Assembly: GCA_013115125.1 (NCBI GenBank)
Contig: JABANN010000109.1
Span: 50,498 to 70,497, forward strand
Length of the DNA: 20,000 nucleotides
Direction of reading: 5' to 3'
Source: Perkinsus olseni
Lineage: Eukaryota
Under the pieces are notes generated by a model. The model had not been told where the DNA came from, did not search any database, and worked only from the letters and a program-made list of their open reading frames with translations. Both the position numbers and the translations under genes were made by a program. Positions 13,650 through 20,000 of the stretch are shown piece after piece. Position 1 is the stretch's first letter. The number at the start of each line of letters is the position of its first letter.

Positions 13650-15112
13650 ATGTCCTCTTCTAATGTGGTTGTGGTTCAGATCGGGCAATGCGGCAATCAG
13701 GTTGGCGAGGTCGTTTATGACTGCCTTTGGGAGGAGTTAAATCAACTGAGGAGACCAGGGGGCAATGCTCTCCTGGCTGACAGGCTGCACAGCACGTTCT
13801 TCGACGGGGCGGATCGAGCCCGAGCGGCTCTGATCGACATGGAGCCTAAGGTTATTCAGGGCCTGCTCTCCCGGAAACGCTGCAATCGGTGGAGCTACGG
13901 TGGTGACAAGTCCCTCTACTTGCAGAGCGGCAGCGGCAACAGCTGGATGACAGGGTACTCGGTCCTGGCCAAGGGTCAAACGTCCGAGCTGGCGGCTGAT
14001 GTGATTCGGAGAACAGCGGAGAGTTGCGATAGAGTGGACGCCTTCCTGACGCTGTGTAGCGGTGCTGGGGGGACTGGTAGTGGGTACGGCAGCTATGTGA
14101 TCTCGGAGATCCTAAACGACTACTGCGGACTCAAGCACGGGTCGGCTTGCAGTGTTGTTGTGTGCCCGTTTGAGAGGGGGGAGGTGTCCGTGCAGAACTA
14201 TAATACAGCGCTATCACTGGCTACGGCAGTGGAGACGGGGGAGCTGACTATCACGTTCTCGAACTCTGCTTTGGAAAGTGAAGTAGGGGGCAAGGGCGGA
14301 GGTCTCACGGCGATCAACAGGAAGCTCGCCCGGACGCTAGTGGACAGCTTGCTGGTGCCCTCACGACTGTCGCCGGTTGGGACACTGGCAGAGGCTTCCC
14401 GCCATCTGGTTGGTCATCCGGATCATACAGTCGCGAGCTGTTGCTCAGTGCCGAGCATGGCACATTATGAGTTCTCTAGTGACACTTGGATGGGCCTATC
14501 GAAGGACCTCAGCGACAGGTGGAAGGGACGAAGCGCCACAGCTCTCCTCCATGCTTGCGGTGTTGGTGCCGACAAGCTGGATGATAGTGTGAGTAAGGGA
14601 GAGTGGGCGATGACCTGATGTTCTCGCTTTTATGCGGCTAACGTACTGTCACGTCTTCGGCCTCGAGCGTGGATCAGTGACTGTCCCGTGACAGCGTGAC
14701 GAGGGTATTGGGATGCTATGAGATTGTCATATGGTAGTCACCGTCCAGACGACCGCCTTAGGTGATGCTACCGTTCAAGTCCAAGGGCCGCTACTTTTCT
14801 CACGTGGCGCATCCACTGCGAATGGCCATCAATCCGGTAGCCCGTCGGGTCCCTAGTAGATCCCTGTCTGTTGTCGCCACCGACCAGAGAGCCCTGCAAC
14901 CTGTGGGTCCACGGATCCCTCCTTGTCGCTGCAGTACGTTTGTGGTTCAGGTGGCACACGTCGTCAGCCGCTGTAAGGCCGCCTTATCAAGAGGAGCATT
15001 CATCCACCATTACGGTGGTCATGAGGGGGAGGCTCGGATCGCCGATGCCCTGGCCACTCTGAGCGCCACCTTGCAGAGGTCGCATGCCATGTCGCCTGGG
15101 GAGGGAGGCTGA
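13650..15112 (+). CDS. TUBD1: Delta-tubulin (divergent), long first exon plus short 3' exons
   Basis: Motifs include VVVVQIGQCGNQVG, RAALIDMEPKVI, W.Y, GSGNSWMTGY, the tubulin signature GGTGSG, VCPFERGEVSVQNYN and C-terminal GAFIHHY. MEPKV and GEVxVQNYN are delta-type. A polypyrimidine tract plus AG sits immediately before the ATG. Confidence 0.85.
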
Positions 15113-15290
15113 GCTCAGAGCCAATTCATATTTCAATCCCATTGGCCACTTCTCTGCGTTCATAACCTGTGCTGCTGCTGCTGTTCGTTCGCGTCATGCT
15201 TCTCCTGACGGAAGGCGAAGTGAGACTGGTGCTTCTCGTGCGGGCTCTCTCGCAGCTATTACCTTTCACTTTGCTTCCTTCACTCTACTT

Positions 15291-17597
15291 ATGGCAAAGA
15301 CCCGGCTGGCGGCGGCGGCGCTCCTAGCGTCTCATATCATAGCAGGAACCTCGGTGGCCGAGCATATGTTGAGAAGGACTCTCAGTTTGGACGGCGTCTT
15401 AAGTACGACTAGCGTGGGCACGCGTGCACCGTCCCCGTGAATTCGCCGGAGTGTCGTGCAAGCTGCGCATTGGAGGGCCCTCCTTGGTATCGCCGTTTAT
15501 CGATGAAGGGGATGACAAGAGCTGCCTGGTCGCATAAGTATTCAGTCGTTCTGTGACTCCGTGACTGCGGTGTTGAGACTGACTTGGGGGATAGCAGCAA
15601 GGGTGGTTCATGTCGGAGACAAGGAGCTATACTGGGCAGTACTGAAGAGAACTGTGGCTCCTCCCCTGTTGTACAACCTTTAACTTATACAGGGCTCCAA
15701 GTTGAAATAGAATATTGCGTTTTTTTGGAATTTCTCTTTCACTTTGACGTGTTTTGGGCTGAGACTTGGTAGGGTACGCTAGTACATCCCCCTATAGATA
15801 CCCTATGAGTTTTGGCTATCATCTCGCGGTGGCAGACGAGAACCGGGAAATTAGCTCGAAAAAGTTGTCAAATATAAATAGAATATACACTGTAAATTTT
15901 ACCCTGGAATCCGCGTTTTTGCTAGAGAATCACAAGAAATAATGCGAATCTGATAATAAGCTGTACACCAATCGAAAAGCCGCGTATCCAATACCTATAC
16001 CTAGATGTGTCATGTAGAGAGTTGACCTAACTTGCTAGAAAGCCCAGCTGGAAGTCAGCCGTTCCCGATTTGCATCTTTTCACGGTTTAATATGGCACGT
16101 TTGGAGATTAACTATCTCTTTCGCCTCGTTCCCTATGAACTCTCTCCAACTCTCTAGGTATTGAATACGCGGCTTTTCGATTGGTGTACAGCTTATTATC
16201 AGATTCGCATTATTTCTCGTGATTCTCTAGCAAAAACGCGGATTCCAGGGTAAAATTTGAAGTGTATATTCTATTTATATTTGGCAGCTTTTTCGAGCTA
16301 ATTTCCCGGTTCTCGTCTGCCACCACGAGATGATAGCTAAAATTCATAGGGTATCTATAGGGGGATGTATTAGCATACCCTACCAAGTCTCAGCCCGAAA
16401 CACGTCAATCTGAGAGAGAAATTCCAAAAAAAAACGCAATATTCTATTTCAACTTGGAGCCCTGTACTCTCACACCGTGTGATGTGATTACAAACGCTTC
16501 CAGCGGTCTAGGCTCTGCGGGACGGGAACCCACCCTTCTCAGGCGACCCCACGCCGACTGCGGCAGCTCCGACAGTACAGCCGAGCGTGACGTCGACACT
16601 AGCGTCAACAGCAGGAGCCTCTACTGTTGCGCCGGCGTCAACCGACGCTCCGATGACGGTCAGTGCTGCGCCGACCCCCTCGGCCGCTCGAACGACTTCC
16701 GCTGACGCGAAGCAAGGTGAGAGATTGAACTCAGTGGATGCATTCGCCGGTCGCTGGGCCGTACGTTTGACCGTCGTTGCGGAGCCGCTACCACGATGAG
16801 CAGTACGCGACGCCTGCTTGCGCTGCTGTTCAGAATCACCAGCGGCTTCAGCCCGGGCCCCTCCGACATCGCCTTCCCTTGCGACAGCCCTGCCCCCCAC
16901 TGTGGCGGCGCAGAGTACAGTGGCCCCGGTCCCGACTGTGGCGACAACTTCTGCCCAGCAAAGCGTGACGGAGTGGGGCGATAGCTGAGCTATCATAGCT
17001 CAGTGGGGGTTCTGGGGTTTACCACGTGGCTCCCTTATCAGTTCCGGTACGAGCTTCGGCACTTTGCTGTTGCATTGCCTTCTCATCGGCTTGGGCCTCG
17101 GCTTTCTGGTCTGGGCGGTGGTGCTGGTCCACGAGCGGTGAGCGCCGAGGGTGCGGTGGGGTTGTTGATAGAACTATTGGTGTCAGTTGGAGAGACCATT
17201 ATAGAGTGCCTGAGAGACAGTCCAAGTCCAGCCAGAGAGTAGCAGCACGGTCCAAGGTAAGTGCTGCCTCTTCCGCTCCTCGCTTAGAGGGCTGTCCTCC
17301 CAGATCAGTGACTCCCAGCGAAGCTGGAACGAAGCGACGGATACAGGTGGGTTATTCCCACCTCCACGACACTTGTTGGATGTAGTTGCTCCCTGTTGCT
17401 AGGTGGGGCCGCACTCCCGTCGGAGGTAACCAGCTTCGATGAAGGGCCTCCCTCTACAAGGCGAGTGCCTCGTGTAGGTCAGCGACTCATGAACGCTTTC
17501 GGGACTTCCGTCGTTGTTATCTCAGTATAAGACCAGGAGAGCCGAGGCTCTTCTCGAGCAAAAACGAGGCCTTGGCGAACTGCCGTAATGCCACATG
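15291..17597 (+). CDS. Predicted type-I membrane glycoprotein: signal peptide, small Cys-rich region, Thr/Ser/Ala/Pro mucin-like stalk, one TM helix, cytoplasmic tail
   Basis: The signal-like start is MAKTRLAAAALLASHIIAGTS. Exon 16512-16716 encodes GDPTPTAAAPTVQPSVTSTLASTAGASTVAPAST.... The next exon encodes SPAASARAPPTSPSLATALPPTVAAQSTVAPVPTVATTS. The TM exon (~17042-17137) encodes FGTLLLHCLLIGLGLGFLVWAVVLV, followed by the basic HER|WRDHYR. The 5' Cys-rich exons and the last exon are uncertain. Confidence 0.7.
15690..16464. mobile_element. Non-autonomous Tc1/mariner-type MITE/foldback element, 775 bp, ~308-310 bp TIRs, TA target-site duplication
   Basis: The ends read TA|CAGGGCTCCAAGTTGAAATAG ... 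CTATTTCAACTTGGAGCCCTG|TA. The arms 15690-15997 and 16155-16464 differ by about 15 substitutions and a 2-nt homopolymer indel (manual count, ~95% identity). The spacer is 157 bp, the element is AT-rich relative to its flanks, and there is no transposase ORF. Confidence 0.93.
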
Positions 17598-17748
17598 ACT
17601 TAGCAGAGCCCTGGGCTCCCAGTGGGGCCACCGCTGTTATTAAGGCTGACCTACCGCCTGTGCTGAGTTGTGGCGGCTGAGTCAATCCGAGCCGAAGTGT
17701 GTTTCTTTGTCGTCAGTTGTCGACTACTGTTATTAGAACCATCGCCAG

Positions 17749-19242
17749 ATGTCTTCTATTACACTCCTCCCCGTCCATCGCTTTCCTCCAGACCAATGCG
17801 TTCTCGTCCGCTACGTGAATACCTTCCCAAAGTTCTTCGAGTTTGACTTCACGGCCTGTTCCCTGAGCAGCGGCAGCAGCAGCAGCTCGCCTCGTTCGAC
17901 GATGTACCAACCGCAGTATGACGGAGACCAAAACGGCCTCAGCGCATGCGGTCGGCATACTTGTCCAGCTTCAAGGTCTTCTGCGAAGCGGCGCTATAGT
18001 AGCTCCCCGCCGGGGTTCAGTCGAGACGGCGATCAGGTGGACGACGAATGTTTAGACGATTTGTCTTCTCCCGAACCCGGTTGTACGGCCGTGGTTGAGT
18101 CGTCCTGCGGAGTGGCTGCCAATGTTGATGTCGCTACCACGAGCAGTGAGGTCGAGGGAGATGACGACGACGGCAGAACTGCAACCACGGCTCGTCTCAC
18201 TACTGTTATGCTGCGTAACATACCCAGTCGCTACTCGAGCAAGGATTTCTGCGAAGTTCTGCGCGCCAAAGGCTTCGAGCCCGGTGTCCACTACGATTTC
18301 GTCTACTTGCCCGCAGATTTCCGTGACTACTCTTGTCTGGGATACGGCTTTATCAATTTCAAGACGTATACGGTGGCCAAGGCTTTTAACGCCATGTTCC
18401 ACGGGCTCAAGCTGCCGTTCTCCAATGGTTCTGGGAAAATCTGTCAAACCAGTTGGGCTCGTATTCAGGGCTTCCTCGATAACGTCAGGCACGCGCAGCA
18501 CTCGGCAAATCATGATTTGCCTCCCTTCTTCCGTCCTCTGGCCTTCAATTCTGACGGCAAGGAGGTTACCCTGGACGCGGTTTTGCGTGACGGTTCGCCA
18601 GGCAGCAGATCTTCTATGGCTGGCGGCGGGCCGGGGAGCCGGGGAGGCCGAGGAGCGTCTTCGGGGCTGCTGCCGCCGCAACAACAGCATCATCAGCATC
18701 ATCATCATCGTAGACAGAAAGACAGTGGCCGCGAGAATGAATCTATCAGGTCAAAGGACCATTACGAGCCAGACTCATGCAAGTTCTTTCTCGGTGGCTT
18801 GCCGAGTGAAGAGGAGAGACCTAATTTCTCTAAGGCCAACGTGTCCGAGGGCTTGGCTCCATACCTACCTGCCGGTGTACAGGTGGTTGACTGCGCTATT
18901 CTGAGCGCTGATGAGGCCTGCAATCGCTACGCGTTCGTCAGTCTCAATTCCGCGGACGCTGTTGTCGCCCTCCTGGAGAAGTACTATTTCTCGCCACAAC
19001 TTGGAGCTGTCGGCGTGCAAATAGATGGTTCTTCTGTCTCCCTCAAGCCCTACCGTCGTAGACGTGTTGACAGTGCACCGACTACTGTTGCTGCGTCCCG
19101 GCGGGGATCCAATTGGAGCGTGTCTTCATGGAAGTCCTCTCCAACCGGTCCGAGTGATCGACGGCTGGGAAGCGGCAGAGCCTCAGTTCTGAACAGACCT
19201 ACTAAGGGTCCGGTGAAGGCAGCCAAGTTCACGAGGCGTTGA
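17749..19242 (+). CDS. Mei2-like RNA-binding protein (Mei2 C-terminal RRM / RRM_2 plus a second, divergent RRM), intronless
   Basis: 497 aa ORF containing TTVMLRNIPSRY..YDFVYLPADF..CLGYGFINF..KICQTSWARIQG..FRPL, which are Mei2 RRM3 hallmarks. A second RRM follows with RNP2 KFFLGGLP and RNP1 RYAFVSL. Confidence 0.9.
   Translation: MSSITLLPVHRFPPDQCVLVRYVNTFPKFFEFDFTACSLSSGSSSSSPRSTMYQPQYDGDQNGLSACGRHTCPASRSSAKRRYSSSPPGFSRDGDQVDDECLDDLSSPEPGCTAVVESSCGVAANVDVATTSSEVEGDDDDGRTATTARLTTVMLRNIPSRYSSKDFCEVLRAKGFEPGVHYDFVYLPADFRDYSCLGYGFINFKTYTVAKAFNAMFHGLKLPFSNGSGKICQTSWARIQGFLDNVRHAQHSANHDLPPFFRPLAFNSDGKEVTLDAVLRDGSPGSRSSMAGGGPGSRGGRGASSGLLPPQQQHHQHHHHRRQKDSGRENESIRSKDHYEPDSCKFFLGGLPSEEERPNFSKANVSEGLAPYLPAGVQVVDCAILSADEACNRYAFVSLNSADAVVALLEKYYFSPQLGAVGVQIDGSSVSLKPYRRRRVDSAPTTVAASRRGSNWSVSSWKSSPTGPSDRRLGSGRASVLNRPTKGPVKAAKFTRR
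18679..18708 (+). repeat. CAN/CAT trinucleotide tract encoding QQQHHQHHHH
   Basis: The sequence caacaacagcatcatcagcatcatcatcat lies between the two RRMs. Confidence 0.8.
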
Positions 19243-20000
19243 GGGTTCATGGCCCTAGGTGCCACCTCGGTATACTATTCCGTTATCTCCGTGCTCAAAG
19301 CATGGTAATTCCGTTAACTTTATGTTTCGTCGTGCTAAAAGCGTCATGACGCTGCTGCTACTACTTATATTATTCCCATTGATAATAATAAAACTCTGTC
19401 CTGCTGTCCGTGGATGAGGACGCAGGGCAGCATGTTGACATGCGGTGCTATGCGTTGCATATCAGTCCTGTTACAATTGCATATCATTGATCATCTTTTC
19501 TGTGATTATTATTATTGCTATTGTCAGTGTCGTTATGGTTGCAGTCTTTATCGTCAGTATAGCGAGTCTACGAGGTCAGTGAGCCATAGACTAGGTGAAC
19601 GGAGGGCTCGCTTCCATGCGGGGTACCTCACAAATGTTAGCCCGAGCGGGAAGGGCCCCGCGAGGGCCTAGGGCGAGCGCGGGTGGTCTCTGCCACCGGA
19701 AACAACCATATTACATCTGCATCGACTCAGAGCGATTTTCGAAATTCGCCTATGAAATTTTCTCAAACTTTGCACGAGTAATCCTACCATGCATATGAGT
19801 AATCCTGTAAAGGCTCATGTCAAACGAAAACATCCACACCACAAACCAACCATTTCTCATGGGAAATTCAGGTGACGTGGCGCACAAAAGAGACAGAACT
19901 ACGCTCCGCTGCCAAAGTGCTGCACGATTCACAATTTTCGTCCGCACGCCGTGCAGGCCTCAAATAAGGCGTATTTCGCACGAAAATTCGCAAGAATATC

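Noticed and set aside
16985-17003. Perfect 9 bp palindrome CTGAGCTAT-C-ATAGCTCAG in an intron
   Set aside because: Too short and isolated to support a function; it could be a chance feature or a repair/excision footprint.
18052-18904. Overlapping 218 aa (minus) and 269 aa (plus, alternative frame) ORFs
   Set aside because: These are shadow ORFs of the GC-rich Mei2-like coding sequence.

Overview
Intron-rich eukaryotic DNA with short (~40-70 nt) GT-AG and occasional GC-AG introns. The gene content and style suggest a perkinsid/alveolate (Perkinsus-like; inferred, not verified). The ORF track is mostly exon fragments or antisense noise, so genes were rebuilt by manual splicing and exon boundaries are approximate. 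Four genes lie in tandem on the minus strand: a PDK/BCKDK-type kinase (runs off the left edge), malate synthase G ending in a PTS1 (-SRL), a WD40-like protein and methylthioribose-1-phosphate isomerase. A ~200 bp divergent strand switch follows, containing a ~119 bp imperfect palindrome. Five genes then lie on the plus strand: a hypothetical gene, a multi-intron gene resembling a giant-virus (NCLDV) conserved protein family, delta-tubulin, a type-I membrane mucin-like protein and an intronless Mei2-like RRM protein. One intron of the mucin-like gene carries a 775 bp TA-flanked foldback/MITE with ~310 bp TIRs.
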